Shown: one piece after another, positions 63,991 through 64,000 of the stretch
Position numbering within the stretch: the first letter of the stretch is position 1
How the letters are laid out: each line of letters opens with the position of its first letter
DNA from: Pavona decussata
Taxonomy: Eukaryota
NCBI GenBank assembly: GCA_977016875.1
Contig: CDRNST010000088.1
Span: 2,852,001 to 2,916,000, forward strand
Length of the DNA stretch: 64,000 nucleotides
Direction: 5' to 3'
Translations under genes and position numbers: made by a program
Notes under the pieces: generated by a model
Database searches by the model: none
What the model was told of the DNA's origin: nothing
The model's input: only the letters and a program-made list of their open reading frames with translations

Positions 63991-64000
63991 TAAATTTCAA

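Overview
This is eukaryotic, AT-rich, intron-containing DNA. The repeat families suggest a cnidarian or stony coral (inference). It is almost entirely nested, decaying transposable elements, with no prokaryotic operons, rRNA or CRISPR arrays. Main contents: (i) a frameshifted RAG1/Transib/CMC-like DDE transposase (5.3-7.6 kb) downstream of a CACGG terminus, followed by a convergent orphan ORF and a HECT-ligase remnant, with a second diverged copy at 23.2-24.0 kb; (ii) a Penelope-like retroelement lacking the GIY-YIG endonuclease, bounded by inverted repeats that each carry a minimal hammerhead ribozyme, inserted in a Gypsy LTR; (iii) a Harbinger element with three nested insertions; (iv) a P-element-like transposase with a Cys-rich insert and an NHL-like propeller plus SAP motif inside the catalytic domain; (v) a hAT > Gypsy > BEL/Pao triple nest with all TSDs intact; (vi) an OTU-protease/hAT remnant, a BEL gag remnant, an IS3EU-like non-autonomous element and many MITEs; (vii) one clean single-exon multi-pass membrane protein ORF (62.5-63.4 kb). 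All family calls are from motifs read by eye; no searches were run.
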